Positions 37,658-48,353 of a stretch of DNA of 64,000 bases are shown in pieces. This DNA is from Parcubacteria group bacterium GW2011_GWA1_40_21 (GTDB lineage: Bacteria; Patescibacteriota; Minisyncoccia; Phycocordibacterales; GWA1-40-21). The stretch spans positions 1,728 to 65,727 of the forward strand of contig LBYO01000005.1 of NCBI GenBank assembly GCA_000996205.1, given 5' to 3'. Made by a program: the position numbers and the translations under genes. The notes below the pieces were generated by a model. The model ran no database searches and was not told the DNA's origin. It was given only the letters and a program-made list of their open reading frames with translations. Position 1 is the stretch's first letter; each line of letters starts with the position of its first letter.

Positions 37658-38269
37658 ATGAATGACGACAATAAAAATATAAATAATGAAAATGAGGAAG
37701 GCGGTGAGACTGCGGAACAAGAAGAAATAGTATCTGAAGAAGATGAAAACACTCCGCGTCTTTTATCCAAATTGCGCGAAAAAGTTAAAAAACTGGAAAC
37801 GGAAAAACAAGAGAATTTAAACGGCTGGCAGAGAGAACGGGCTGATTTCGTGAATTTCAGAAAAAGAAGCGAGGAAGAAAAGAGGGAGTTGGTTAAATTT
37901 GCCAACGAAGCGCTAATAGGCGATATAATTCCAGTCTTGGAAAGCTTTGAAATGGCTTTTTCCAACAGGAAAGCTTGGGAATCATTGCCGGAAGAGTGGA
38001 GAAAAGGGGTGGAATATATATATAACCAACTTTTAAGCGCGCTCAAAAACAAAGGGCTGGAAGAATTAAATCCGCCCAAAGGGGAAAAATTTGATCCGAA
38101 TTTCCATACCGCCGAATCGTTTGCCTCAACGCTTGACAAGGAAGAAGATGGTGTCATAATGCGAGTAGTAAAAAAGGGTTATCGCCTGAATGGGAGGGTG
38201 ATAAATCCGTCGATAGTGGTTGTTGCCGAACACAAGGGAGAAAACAGCGAAAATGCGGGAGGTAAATAG
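37658..38269 (+). CDS. grpE: nucleotide exchange factor GrpE
   Basis: acidic N-terminus, coiled-coil, RK..E.E.....FA...L...ILPVLD-like core. Confidence 0.9.
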   Translation: MNDDNKNINNENEEGGETAEQEEIVSEEDENTPRLLSKLREKVKKLETEKQENLNGWQRERADFVNFRKRSEEEKRELVKFANEALIGDIIPVLESFEMAFSNRKAWESLPEEWRKGVEYIYNQLLSALKNKGLEELNPPKGEKFDPNFHTAESFASTLDKEEDGVIMRVVKKGYRLNGRVINPSIVVVAEHKGENSENAGGK

Positions 38270-38375
38270 CAATCAGCGAATTTAATAATTAAAAATTTAA
38301 CGGATCGGGGTTGCGGATTTTATTTAAAAGAATAAAATCAAAGTTTAACAAATCAAATTTAATTTTTTAAAAAAT

Positions 38376-40286
38376 ATGTCAAAAATAATTGGAATTGATC
38401 TTGGAACAACAAACTCAGCGGTGGCGATAATGGAAGGAGGCGAGCCGAAAATAATAGAGAACATTGAAGGGGCTAGAACTACGCCTTCTATCGTGGCTGT
38501 CTCTAAAACAGGAGAAAGGCTTGTTGGACTTTTGGCTAAACGACAGGCTGTAACGAATCCGAAAAATACTATTTTCGGCATAAAGCGATTCATAGGACAC
38601 ACATTTGACGACCCGGCTGTGCAGAAAGACAGAGCCGCCGTGCCTTACGATGTTCACAAGTCTGAGAATGGCGGGGTGGAGGTAAAAATGGGGGACAAGA
38701 ATAACAGACCGGAAGAAATCTCGGCGATGATTCTCCAGAAAATTAAAAGCGATGTTGAGGCGAAGCTCGGCGAGAAAATCACGGAGGCGATTATCACTGT
38801 TCCGGCGTATTTCAACGACTCTCAACGGCAAGCGACCAAAGATGCCGGAAAGATTGCCGGACTGGATGTCAAAAGAATAATAAACGAACCGACAGCCGCC
38901 GCTCTCGCTTACGGATTCAATAAAAAGAAAAATGAAAAGATTGTCGTTTTTGACTTCGGCGGGGGGACTTTTGACATCTCTGTCTTGGAGGTAGGCGATG
39001 ATGTGGTGGAAGTGAAGTCAACGGACGGCGACAGTCATTTGGGCGGAAAAGACATTGACCAGAAAATAATCAATTGGCTTGCTGATGAATTCAAAAAAGA
39101 AAACGGCATAGATTTGAGAAAAGACACTTTGGCGCTTCAAAGACTGGACGAATCGGCGGAAAAAGCCAAGATAGAGCTTTCTACCGCGCTTGAATCGGAA
39201 ATAAACATACCGTTCATAACTTCAGATGCCACAGGCCCTAAGCATTTGCTTGTTAAGATGAATAGGGCGAAACTTGAATCATTGACGCAGGAATTCATTG
39301 ACCGAGCGATGGAGATTGCAAAGCGCGCCATGTCCGCCTCTCCTTTCAAAATCAATGAAATCCACGAGGTAATTCTTGTCGGCGGACAGACTAGAATGCC
39401 GGCGATAGTCAAAGCCGTTAAAGATTATTTCGGCAAGGAGCCTAACAAGACCATCAACCCCGATGAAGTCGTGGCACTCGGCGCGGCTATCCAAGGAGGG
39501 ATTATCAAGGGGGATGTGAAAGACATTCTTTTGCTTGATGTCATTCCTCTTTCTCTCGGAATTGAGACTATGGGCGGAATCGCCACTAAGCTGATTGAAA
39601 AAAACACAACTATACCGACTTCAAGGTCTCAAATTTTCTCAACCGCCGCTGACAACCAGACTTCGGTTGAAATCAATATTGTCCAAGGCGAAAGATCAAT
39701 GGCTAAAGACAACAAAAACCTCGGCAGATTTATTCTTGACGGTATTCCGCCTTCTCCTCGCGGCATGCCGCAAGTTGAAGTTGTTTTTGATGTGGATGCC
39801 AATGGAATACTCAATGTGAAAGCTAAAGAAAAAACGAGCGGCAAAGAACAGTCCATAAGAATTGAGGCGCGATCCGGATTGTCCAAAGAAGATATTGAAA
39901 AAATGACTAAAGACGCCGAAACGCACAGCGATGAAGATAAGAAGAAAAGAGAGGAAATTGATGTGAAGAATACCGCCGAGCAGATGGTCTACACGGCGGA
40001 GAAATCCCTTAAGGATAACAAAGAAAAATTGCCAGCCGATTTGGTAAAGGAAATTGAAGATAAAATCGCTGAAATCAATAAAGCTAAAAATGAAACATCA
40101 ATTGATAATCTGAAAAAAGCGACTGAAGAATTGTCATCTTCAATGCAAAAAATAGGGGAAACGATGGCGAAAAATCAACAGCAAGGCCAGCAAGCTGGCG
40201 GCACTCAAGGGGAAAATAAAACGGAGGGCGAAACAAAGGACGCGGAATTCAGAGAGGGAGGCGAAGAAGAACAGCCGAAGTCGTAA
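38376..40286 (+). CDS. dnaK: molecular chaperone DnaK (Hsp70)
   Basis: [32 protein letters not shown]. Confidence 0.97.
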   Translation: MSKIIGIDLGTTNSAVAIMEGGEPKIIENIEGARTTPSIVAVSKTGERLVGLLAKRQAVTNPKNTIFGIKRFIGHTFDDPAVQKDRAAVPYDVHKSENGGVEVKMGDKNNRPEEISAMILQKIKSDVEAKLGEKITEAIITVPAYFNDSQRQATKDAGKIAGLDVKRIINEPTAAALAYGFNKKKNEKIVVFDFGGGTFDISVLEVGDDVVEVKSTDGDSHLGGKDIDQKIINWLADEFKKENGIDLRKDTLALQRLDESAEKAKIELSTALESEINIPFITSDATGPKHLLVKMNRAKLESLTQEFIDRAMEIAKRAMSASPFKINEIHEVILVGGQTRMPAIVKAVKDYFGKEPNKTINPDEVVALGAAIQGGIIKGDVKDILLLDVIPLSLGIETMGGIATKLIEKNTTIPTSRSQIFSTAADNQTSVEINIVQGERSMAKDNKNLGRFILDGIPPSPRGMPQVEVVFDVDANGILNVKAKEKTSGKEQSIRIEARSGLSKEDIEKMTKDAETHSDEDKKKREEIDVKNTAEQMVYTAEKSLKDNKEKLPADLVKEIEDKIAEINKAKNETSIDNLKKATEELSSSMQKIGETMAKNQQQGQQAGGTQGENKTEGETKDAEFREGGEEEQPKS

Positions 40287-40372
40287 AAGATTTTTGTTTA
40301 TCTTGAAAATTCGTTTGGCGGCAACTGGTATGGTATTGTGTTGCGAATTTTTTGCATTATAATAAAACCACT

Positions 40373-41443
40373 ATGAAAAAAGATTACTATGAAATTTTAG
40401 GAGTGGATAAAGGCGCGAACAGCGAAGAAATTAAAAAAGCTTTTCGCAAACTGGCGCACAAATACCATCCTGACAAAGGAGGCGGTGATTCTACTAAATT
40501 TAAAGAAGCGAGCGAAGCTTACAGTATTTTGTCTGATGAAAAGAAAAGGGCCGAATATGACACTTACGGAAAAAGTGGGAATAACAGTGGCGGGTACCAA
40601 GGCGGACAAGGCGCCGGAGGCTTCGGCGATTTTGATTTCTCCGGTTTTGCCGGACAGGCGGAGCAGGGAGGTTTTCAGGATTTTGACCTCGGAGATATTT
40701 TCGGCGATCTTTTTGGCGGAGGCAGGAAAGAAAGAGTGAAGAGAGGCAGGGATATCTCAATTGACTTAGCTATTTTATTTTCTGAATCAATCTTCGGCGC
40801 GGAGAGAAAAATCCTTATAACAAAAACTTCAGTTTGCAGCGAATGTAAAGGAAGCGGAGCGAAAGTCGGCTCGGATACAGTCACTTGCGATATTTGCAAC
40901 GGCAAAGGCAGAATTCACGAAACCAAACGGTCAATCTTCGGAACATTCAGCACCCAAAAAGAGTGCGCGAATTGCCATGGCACAGGCAAAATCCCTCGCG
41001 AGAAATGCCATAAATGCCGAGGCGCCGGTGTTCTGAGAAGTGAAGATGAAATCGTTGTTAAGATTCCGTCAGGGGTTGATAACGGAGAGATGGTCCGGCT
41101 TGGCGGAGCGGGAGAAGCGGTGCGGGGTGGTACGGCGGGCGACCTCTACATAAAGCTTCATGTAGAGAAACACCCTATTTTTAGAAAAGAAGGAAGCAAT
41201 CTTTTGATGGATCTCAATGTCAAGCTGACAGAAGCCATCTTGGGAAGCGAGGTTAAAATAAAAACTCTTGACGGTGACCTTATTGTGAAAATTCCGGAAG
41301 GTGTATCTCACGGCGAAGTATTGAGAATCCGTAGCAAAGGCGTACCGACAGGAAGACACAGCCGAGGCGACATTATGATAAAAATAAATATCCAAATTCC
41401 GACAAAGCTTTCAAAAACGGCAAAAAAAATAGTGGAGGAGTAG
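40373..41443 (+). CDS. dnaJ: molecular chaperone DnaJ
   Basis: J-domain YYEILGV...HPDK, G/F-rich linker, four CxxCxGxG zinc-finger repeats; start taken at MKKDYY. Confidence 0.93.
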   Translation: MKKDYYEILGVDKGANSEEIKKAFRKLAHKYHPDKGGGDSTKFKEASEAYSILSDEKKRAEYDTYGKSGNNSGGYQGGQGAGGFGDFDFSGFAGQAEQGGFQDFDLGDIFGDLFGGGRKERVKRGRDISIDLAILFSESIFGAERKILITKTSVCSECKGSGAKVGSDTVTCDICNGKGRIHETKRSIFGTFSTQKECANCHGTGKIPREKCHKCRGAGVLRSEDEIVVKIPSGVDNGEMVRLGGAGEAVRGGTAGDLYIKLHVEKHPIFRKEGSNLLMDLNVKLTEAILGSEVKIKTLDGDLIVKIPEGVSHGEVLRIRSKGVPTGRHSRGDIMIKINIQIPTKLSKTAKKIVEE

Positions 41444-41544
41444 TGGAGGAGTTGAAGAAGGAGGGAGTGTAACCCGCCTTCGCTGGAAAATTTTGAAAGC
41501 CTCCGCCGACACCAAGGCTTTTGCGGGCAAGTCGGCGAGACGAA

Positions 41545-41587
41545 GAAAACCGTGAAAATGAGCACTTTTTAAGCAGTTTTTCACGGT
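41545..41587 (+). terminator. terminator-like hairpin after dnaJ
   Basis: gaaaaccgtgaaaa ... ttttcacggtt. Confidence 0.4.
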
Positions 41588-41591
41588 TATG

Positions 41592-41619
41592 TTGACAAAA
41601 CAGTGAAAATTACTATACT
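41592..41619 (+). promoter_or_regulatory. sigma-70-like promoter TTGACA-N16-TATACT about 8 nt before the Fic start codon (probably leaderless mRNA)
   Basis: consensus -35, near-consensus -10; the ATG at 41628 lies ~8 nt after the -10 with no Shine-Dalgarno. Confidence 0.5.
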
Positions 41620-41627
41620 TAAAATAT

Positions 41628-42518
41628 ATGGCAAAGACACTCGCGGCATTCAACAAAATTAATACATTAAGGGAAAGATACTATAAAGCATCTACCGGCA
41701 AGGATGCTCTTATTAAGCTCATTAGCGAAGCGGAAGTTGCCGAACAGGTATACAACTCAAATGCTATTGAAAATAGCACGCTTACTCTCGAAGAGACCGA
41801 AAAAATACTTCTCCAAATTGACTTGGATAGGTTTATTAGCGAGCGGGAAATATTTGAAGCGAAGAATTTAGCGCGCGTAACATCGTATATAGATAAACGA
41901 GCAAAAGAACAAGAACTGAACCTTGATGTAATTTTATCACTTCATAAAATGCTTATTTCAAGTATTCGTGATGATATTGCCGGTAGATTTAGAAAGACCG
42001 GGGAATATGTGCGGGTTGGAAGTCATATTGCTCCAAAATCGGAAGAAGTAATACCGCGACTGGAGAAAATTCTTGCGGAGTATAACGCAAGCAGTCACGA
42101 AAACATTATAAAACGTATTGCTAAACTGCATCTTGCATTTGAGCACACACATCCTTTCTGTGACGGAAATGGCCGTATTGGGCGCGCACTGAATAATTAT
42201 TTACTTATACGAGATGGATATGTGCCAATAAATATAAAATTCATTGATAGAGAAAAGTATTACGACGCATTTAAGGAATTTGATGAGAAAGACAAAACTG
42301 AAATTATGGAAGAGATTGTCGCAAAGTCGCTTACAAATAGTTATCACAAAAGATTAGCGTATTTAGAAGGCAAGAAAATCATGACACTTGTCGATTATGC
42401 GAAAGAAAATAAGTTATCACATTCTAATTTGATAAATAAGGCGACACGCCAAACCATTGAAGCCTTCCTGGAAAAAAATGTTTGGAAAATTGGCATCGAC
42501 AATCACAAAGAAAAATAA
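41628..42518 (+). CDS. Fic/Doc (Fido) family protein
   Basis: canonical Fic motif HPFCDGNGRIGR. Confidence 0.9.
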   Translation: MAKTLAAFNKINTLRERYYKASTGKDALIKLISEAEVAEQVYNSNAIENSTLTLEETEKILLQIDLDRFISEREIFEAKNLARVTSYIDKRAKEQELNLDVILSLHKMLISSIRDDIAGRFRKTGEYVRVGSHIAPKSEEVIPRLEKILAEYNASSHENIIKRIAKLHLAFEHTHPFCDGNGRIGRALNNYLLIRDGYVPINIKFIDREKYYDAFKEFDEKDKTEIMEEIVAKSLTNSYHKRLAYLEGKKIMTLVDYAKENKLSHSNLINKATRQTIEAFLEKNVWKIGIDNHKEK

Positions 42519-42520
42519 TT

Positions 42521-43660
42521 ATGGCAAACAGTAATCTTACAAACGCAAAAAGAGCAAAGAATGACGAGTTTTATACTCAGTTCGGCGATATTCAAAAAGA
42601 GATTGAAGCGTATTTGGAATACAACCCCAATGTATTTCGTGGCAAGGTTGTGTATTGCAATTGCGACGATCCGTTTGAGAGTAATTTTTTTCGCTATTTT
42701 GTGCTCAATTTCAACAAACTTGGATTGAAACAGCTTATCACCACGAGCTATAAGCCCTCGCCTGTCGCCAACACGCAACTGGGATTGTTTGGCGATGATA
42801 AAACTCTCACAAAATCAAAAAGCCTGCCTGCCGGTAGGCAGGGCCGTCCTAAGGTAAACGCCAACAAATTTATTGTGAGCGATGTGCGCGACATAGACGG
42901 CGACGGCGAGTTCAACTTAAGGGATGTCGCCAAGCAGTTAAGGGCAAACAAACACAACGAATGGACGCCACTTGAAGGCGACGGCGACTTCCGTAGCGAT
43001 GAATGTATAAATTTGCTAAAACAATTCGACATCGTCGTAACAAATCCGCCGTTCAGTCTATTCCGCGAATATGTTAAGCAACTTTTTGATAATAACAAGA
43101 AGTTTGTGATTATCGGTAATATGAACGCTATTACTTATAAAGAAATATTTCCCTTGATAAAGGAAAATAAAATGTGGCTTGGTAATGGCTTTCACGCTGG
43201 CAATGCTTATTTTTCCACCCCTCTAGCTAAAGAATACGGGGAGGGAGTTTATATGCCAGAAACCGGTTTAGTAAAATTTAGAAATATTTGTTGGTTTACT
43301 AACTTAGACCATGGGCGCCGTCATCAACCATTACCGCTTATGACAATGAAAGAAAATTTGAAATACAGCAAACACAAAGAAATTAAGGGCAAAAAGTCGT
43401 ATGATAAATATGACAATTACGATGCCATAGAAGTTTCATTTACTGATGCAATTCCAAGTGATTATGATGGTGTAATGGGCGTGCCGATTAGTTTTTTGGA
43501 TAAATACAATCCTGATCAGTTTGAGATTATTGGAATGGCAGAAGATAACGGCAAGGGTTTTTCGGGTGGAATTTGGGACGGCAAAAATCCGCATTGTGTC
43601 ATAAATGGAGAGAATAAATTTAAGAGAATTTTTATTAAGCATAAGAAAGTTGGGGAATAA
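42521..43660 (+). CDS. N6-adenine DNA methyltransferase, M.EcoRI-like
   Basis: N-terminal KNDEFYTQFGDIQKEIEAYL and VVYCNCDDPFESNFFRYF recall the M.EcoRI N-terminus; catalytic FDIVVTNPPFS (NPPF). Confidence 0.6.
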   Translation: MANSNLTNAKRAKNDEFYTQFGDIQKEIEAYLEYNPNVFRGKVVYCNCDDPFESNFFRYFVLNFNKLGLKQLITTSYKPSPVANTQLGLFGDDKTLTKSKSLPAGRQGRPKVNANKFIVSDVRDIDGDGEFNLRDVAKQLRANKHNEWTPLEGDGDFRSDECINLLKQFDIVVTNPPFSLFREYVKQLFDNNKKFVIIGNMNAITYKEIFPLIKENKMWLGNGFHAGNAYFSTPLAKEYGEGVYMPETGLVKFRNICWFTNLDHGRRHQPLPLMTMKENLKYSKHKEIKGKKSYDKYDNYDAIEVSFTDAIPSDYDGVMGVPISFLDKYNPDQFEIIGMAEDNGKGFSGGIWDGKNPHCVINGENKFKRIFIKHKKVGE

Positions 43661-43670
43661 AAATGAATTT

Positions 43671-44390
43671 ATGCAAAAAGAAATTAAAAAATATATTAAA
43701 TATATTGAAAAAAACTTATTATATATAAGTTTAATAATTTTATTTATCCTACTTTTTTCATATGTATTTTCTAGTTGTTTTAGATTTGTTCTATATTTCT
43801 TAAATATTGAACCCAATTTTCTAGTTGTTTTTATTACTGCGATTACTTTAATATTTTCGGCTATAGAGAATAAAAAAGAAAGAAAATATAATTTTAATTT
43901 AAATTTAAAAAACTCAGTAGAAGAAAAAGCAGCTATTGTTATAGGAAAATTATTTATAATGATGAATGATTCTCAAAATTATTTACAGACAATAAAGGAT
44001 ATAAAAAATGCAATAGAAAAAAATAAAAAGTTTGTTGATATGAATAATGTTTTATCCTTAGATCTTCTTAAAAAAGACAGAGAACTTGTTGGATCATATA
44101 TAGTAATTTATTTTTCTCAGTATATTCAAAATGATTGGAATTTAATGGTGGATAAAATTAATAAAATTGGAACAAATTGTTCAATGGCAATGACTAATTA
44201 TAACGAAAATTATAATCTTATTAATACGGCTGGTTTTGAAAATGAAACATTGTCTAATATAGATAATACGATAAAAGAATCAGAAATTTTAAATGAAGAG
44301 ATTTATGAATTAACAGAAAAAATGAAAAATACATTATTATCTATTATTGTAGAAAATAATAATAAAATGAAAGAAAAATATATAAATTAA
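43671..44390 (+). CDS. hypothetical membrane protein encoded by an extremely AT-rich segment
   Basis: ORF 43605..44390 trimmed to its second Met; two TM helices, then a Lys/Asn/Ile-rich domain; local GC far below the window average. Confidence 0.35.
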   Translation: MQKEIKKYIKYIEKNLLYISLIILFILLFSYVFSSCFRFVLYFLNIEPNFLVVFITAITLIFSAIENKKERKYNFNLNLKNSVEEKAAIVIGKLFIMMNDSQNYLQTIKDIKNAIEKNKKFVDMNNVLSLDLLKKDRELVGSYIVIYFSQYIQNDWNLMVDKINKIGTNCSMAMTNYNENYNLINTAGFENETLSNIDNTIKESEILNEEIYELTEKMKNTLLSIIVENNNKMKEKYIN

Positions 44391-44396
44391 AATAGT

Positions 44397-45401
44397 ATGA
44401 CAAATATCAATAATTCCGGTGAGATAATTATTTATGAAGGCGCGGATGGGGCGACTAGGATTGAGGTGCGTGTTGAGGGTGAGACCGTTTGGCTTACTAT
44501 TGATCAAATATCGAAACTTTTCAATAAGAGCCGTTCTACGGTTAACGAGCATATTTTGAATATTTATGCCGAAAAAGAGCTAAATGAAGCTGAGTCTGTG
44601 AGAAAAATCGGAAATTCCGATTTTTCTACCAAACCGACCAATTTTTATAATTTGGATGTTATTATTTCCGTCGGTTATCGCGTGAAATCCATACAGGGCA
44701 CAAAGTTCCGTCAATGGGCGACTGCCAGAATCAGTGAATACCTTATTCAAGGATTCACTATGAATGATGAATTTTTGAAAAACAATGGTGGCGGCTTATA
44801 TTGGAAGAAACTCTTGTCTCGCATTCGTGATATTCGATCTAGCGAAAAGATGTTGTATCGGCAAGTTTTAGATCTCTATGCCACAAGCGCGGATTATAAT
44901 CCAAAATCTTTACATTCAATTAAGTTTTTCAAAATTGTGCAAAACAAATTGCACTATGCTGCGCATAAAGAAACGGCAGCAGAAGTTATTTACAATCGCG
45001 CTAATAGCGATAAAGAATTTATGGGTTTGACGGTTTTTGAGGGAGATTTACCTGTGTTAGAAGAAGTGAGAATTGCTAAAAATTATTTGTCCGCGCGAGA
45101 GCTAGAAAAATTAAACAGGCTTGTCTCGGCATATTTTGAGTTGGCAGAATTGCGCGCTATGGATCAGCAAATAATGCATATGGCAGATCATATTGCATCT
45201 TTAGATAAATTACTTTTTGATTACGGCGAAGGAGTTTTAACTGACGCTGGAAAAGTAACACATAAAAAAGCCATAGAAAAAGCAGAAAATGAGTATAAAA
45301 AATTTCAAGCTAAAACACTCTCTCCTGTTGAAAAATCATATTTGGAAAATATTAAGTTATTAGAGAAAAAAGTAGAGAAAAAAATAAAAGATAAAAATTA
45401 A
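44397..45401 (+). CDS. RhuM-family (virulence protein RhuM / Fic-DOC-associated) protein
   Basis: [16 protein letters not shown]...[22 protein letters not shown]...[23 protein letters not shown] matches the RhuM family. Confidence 0.8.
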   Translation: MTNINNSGEIIIYEGADGATRIEVRVEGETVWLTIDQISKLFNKSRSTVNEHILNIYAEKELNEAESVRKIGNSDFSTKPTNFYNLDVIISVGYRVKSIQGTKFRQWATARISEYLIQGFTMNDEFLKNNGGGLYWKKLLSRIRDIRSSEKMLYRQVLDLYATSADYNPKSLHSIKFFKIVQNKLHYAAHKETAAEVIYNRANSDKEFMGLTVFEGDLPVLEEVRIAKNYLSARELEKLNRLVSAYFELAELRAMDQQIMHMADHIASLDKLLFDYGEGVLTDAGKVTHKKAIEKAENEYKKFQAKTLSPVEKSYLENIKLLEKKVEKKIKDKN

Positions 45402-45415
45402 TTAAAAATAAAATT

Positions 45416-46585
45416 ATGAAAACAATTTTAAAAACCGGCATCACTGTCAAAGATATTTGTGAAGGGTTCGTCTATAACGAACTGGAGGGCAAGGGGCTAT
45501 TTGGTTTGTCTGGCAAGCTCACCATTCAGCCGGAGTATCAGCGCAACTATATCTATGCCTCCGACGGCGGGAAAAGAGAGATGGCTGTTATTGAATCAAT
45601 ACTCAAAGGTTACCCAATAGGCTTGATCTATTTTAATAAGGTTTCTGAAAACAATCTGGAGGTCTTGGACGGGCAACAACGGATCACCAGTGTTGGACGT
45701 TTTGTGACTGACAAATTTGCTATCAAAGACGAAAACGGCATGGAGCAATATTTTGGCGGTATAGCAAAAGACAAGCAAGTCAAGATTTTGGAAACGAAAC
45801 TGCTCATTTATGAATGCGAAGGCACAGAAAGCCAGATAAAAGAGTGGTTTAGGACTATCAATATAGCTGGAGTTCCGCTCGTCCCACAGGAATTGTTAAA
45901 TGCGATCTATTCCGGACCATTTGTTACTCTAGGTAAAGAGGAGTTCAGCAACAGCCAAAATGCCAATATTCAAAAATGGAGCGCGTACATAAAGGGCAGC
46001 GCAAACCGACAGGCATTTTTTGAGAGAGCTTTAGACTGGGCGAGTAAGGGAGATATTGATGATTACATGAGTCTTCATCGCAACGACAAAAATATCAATG
46101 AGTTAAAAAATTATTTCAACAGTGTGATTGATTGGATCTCTAGTGTATTTACCGGTGTAGAAAGCGAGATGTGCGGACTTGAGTGGGGACGACTGTATGC
46201 GGAGTATCACAAGAAAGCTTATGATCCTGCTAAAGTGTCAGATGAGGTTAGTAAACTGTATGGCGATCCATATATCAAAAACCGCAAAGGTATCTTTGAA
46301 TTTATTCTAGGTGGTTCTGTTGATACAAGATTACTTGAGGTTAGATTTTTTGATGAAGCAACTAAAAAAGCGGTTTATACAACACAAACCGCTAAAGCAG
46401 AGAAAAAAGGTGAATCAAACTGTCCGCATTGTGCCATTGGACATGATGCCAACAAAGAAAAAATTTGGAGTCTAGGCGAAATGGATGCCGACCATGTAAC
46501 GGCTTGGAGCAAGGGCGGCACAACCTCGGCTAAAAATTGTGAGATGTTGTGCAAGACGCACAACCGAGCAAAAGGAAATCGGTAA
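45416..46585 (+). CDS. GmrSD-like type IV restriction enzyme (DUF262 ParB-like NTPase/nickase domain + C-terminal HNH nuclease)
   Basis: DUF262 signature DGQQR; C-terminal CPHC...DADHV...N..LC..HN HNH motif. Confidence 0.75.
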   Translation: MKTILKTGITVKDICEGFVYNELEGKGLFGLSGKLTIQPEYQRNYIYASDGGKREMAVIESILKGYPIGLIYFNKVSENNLEVLDGQQRITSVGRFVTDKFAIKDENGMEQYFGGIAKDKQVKILETKLLIYECEGTESQIKEWFRTINIAGVPLVPQELLNAIYSGPFVTLGKEEFSNSQNANIQKWSAYIKGSANRQAFFERALDWASKGDIDDYMSLHRNDKNINELKNYFNSVIDWISSVFTGVESEMCGLEWGRLYAEYHKKAYDPAKVSDEVSKLYGDPYIKNRKGIFEFILGGSVDTRLLEVRFFDEATKKAVYTTQTAKAEKKGESNCPHCAIGHDANKEKIWSLGEMDADHVTAWSKGGTTSAKNCEMLCKTHNRAKGNR

Positions 46586-46610
46586 TAGAAAAAATAATCG
46601 TGGAAAATCT

Positions 46611-46991
46611 ATGAAATTGAATAAAAAACAGAGGGATATGCTGTGGGGAGATAGCGGACCATATTCTCAAGCGAATTTAATACGTCAGGTCCGCATTCTT
46701 GACGACAGGATAAGCCGGATATTCTTGGTGGTGGAAGTTGATATAAATCCCACGACTTTTGAAATGGTGCAAAAATTCAGGGATAATGACAAGTTTAAAA
46801 ATAACATTATTATCCAACAGTTATTGGATACCGCTGAATATCGCGGTCCTTCGTTCGGCTATGTTTCCGTGGCTTTTGAAAGGGAATATAAAGACGAGAT
46901 GGTGATGTGGAGCGCCGAAGCCGCGTTAAAATATTCGCAGGAGAATATAATTAAAATGCATAAGTTTGTTATGAATAAAATTCTTCAATAG
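46611..46991 (+). CDS. hypothetical protein
   Basis: ORF 46539..46991 trimmed to MKLNKKQRDM; no family. Confidence 0.35.
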   Translation: MKLNKKQRDMLWGDSGPYSQANLIRQVRILDDRISRIFLVVEVDINPTTFEMVQKFRDNDKFKNNIIIQQLLDTAEYRGPSFGYVSVAFEREYKDEMVMWSAEAALKYSQENIIKMHKFVMNKILQ

Positions 46992-47007
46992 ATAAGTTCA
47001 AGAAAAA

Positions 47008-47391
47008 ATGAAAACAATTTTAGTGGATGCGATAAATACTTTCGTGATTAAAGGCGAGGGGATATTTGAAGATATGCGTGATTTGCTTGAGAAGTATCCC
47101 AACAAGAAAATAATTCTTACCAATGCCGACGATGAACAAATGCAGAAGAATGGTTTGGATAAAATGCCCTATGAAATTTTTACTCTTAAGCATAATCCGG
47201 AAAAAACTGATAAAGAGTATTATGAAAAAATGCTGGAGCATTTTGGTTTAAACAAAGATGATGTTTTGTATTTTGAACATAACGAAGATGCCGTAAAAAG
47301 CGCCCAGTTTGTCGGCATAAAGACATATCATTACGACAAAGACAAAAAAGATTTAAATGAGTTGAAGAAATTTCTGGCTGATAATCTTTAA
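47008..47391 (+). CDS. short HAD-like hydrolase domain protein (possibly a fragment)
   Basis: C-terminal VLYFEHNEDAVKSAQFVGIKTYHYD resembles HAD motif III/IV; too short for a full HAD enzyme. Confidence 0.35.
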   Translation: MKTILVDAINTFVIKGEGIFEDMRDLLEKYPNKKIILTNADDEQMQKNGLDKMPYEIFTLKHNPEKTDKEYYEKMLEHFGLNKDDVLYFEHNEDAVKSAQFVGIKTYHYDKDKKDLNELKKFLADNL

Positions 47392-47629
47392 AATTTTGGA
47401 AAAGTTGATAAGTGGCCAGAAGAGATTAGTTGTGTATTTAAACATATCTCTAATTCGCGCGAATGGGCGAATAGTTGTATTTTAACCGCACGCCTATTTT
47501 GGCGAGATAATTGAAAAATAAATGGTGAACTTTGCTTTGACTAAATATTGCCGATGTACTAGTCTTTGTAAAGAATTTGTAATAATTTTTTCATTATAAT
47601 TGTCAACAATTTTAAGAAGGAGGTGAAAA

Positions 47630-47980
47630 ATGCCTAAAAAACTAACTAGGTTGACTAGAAGCAATTGGTGGTCTGAGCTTGGTAATTCAGGATTGTCCGA
47701 TGATCTTATCACATTACTTCGTTCAATCGTTTCTGATTATTTAAACGGGGCGATGGGCGTGAGGGCTCCAGATGCAAATTTTATAACAAACGAATTGCTG
47801 AAGAATCACCTAATGGAAGGTTTTATGGTAGATAATTGTTTTTTTGATGTTGTTGTGTTTGCACCCAAATCTAATAAGGGTAAAAGTAAAGTTAAGGGTG
47901 GAATGCGCCGCCATCGGAGCTTCTATAAGATCGTAGAAAGACACCCAGGGTACAATACGCTGACATTAAAGGATCTCTGA
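47630..47980 (+). CDS. hypothetical protein with strong Shine-Dalgarno
   Basis: aaggaggtg 8 nt upstream of the ATG; basic C-terminus. Confidence 0.4.
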   Translation: MPKKLTRLTRSNWWSELGNSGLSDDLITLLRSIVSDYLNGAMGVRAPDANFITNELLKNHLMEGFMVDNCFFDVVVFAPKSNKGKSKVKGGMRRHRSFYKIVERHPGYNTLTLKDL

Positions 47981-47994
47981 TCATGAAAGGATAA

Positions 47995-48038
47995 ATGCCG
48001 CACCAATTGAATTGAATATTGGTGCGGCATTTCTTATT
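47995..48038 (+). terminator. rho-independent terminator
   Basis: 13-bp perfect stem atgccgcaccaat/attggtgcggcat, followed by ttcttatt. Confidence 0.7.
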
Positions 48039-48044
48039 CAGTCA

Positions 48045-48245
48045 CTTTGAATTACGAAACCTTCGTTTTCCGTCATTGCGAGCCGGTACTCCGGCGTGGC
48101 AATCCAGAGTTTACCGCGCGCAATAATGGATTGCTTCGCTCCGCTCGCCCCTCCCCAGTTTTAAGTTTTGGAAATATCCAGAATCTAAAACTGGGGAGGG
48201 GCTCGCAAAGACAATGCGGCAATATGATAGTTTCGTAATTCAAAG
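48045..48245. repeat. MITE family A copy carrying a nested family-C hairpin insertion (48147..48200)
   Basis: same TIRs and internal sequence as 32919..33061, but interrupted at ...ccgctcgc|cccctccccagtttt...aaaactggggaggg|gctcgcaaag with duplicated gctcgc. Confidence 0.8.
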
Positions 48246-48353
48246 TCAGTCATTAAAATTTGATAACTGATTGCATCATGTTTAATATTAAAAACAAAAG
48301 CCACCCTTTAAAGATGGCTTTATAGGCACGGTAATTTTCTTCTTTCAAGAAGA

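Noticed and set aside
42521-43660. Complete EcoRI-type restriction-modification system
   Set aside because: No R.EcoRI-like endonuclease ORF is adjacent. The downstream AT-rich ORF has no similarity. Only an orphan methyltransferase can be supported.
47615-47630. Perfect Shine-Dalgarno (aaggaggtg) as a marker of foreign origin of ORF 47630..47980
   Set aside because: Other native-looking genes (cmk at 1003 with GGAG; the 1545 ORF with aaggagg) also have SD sequences. SD presence alone is not discriminating.
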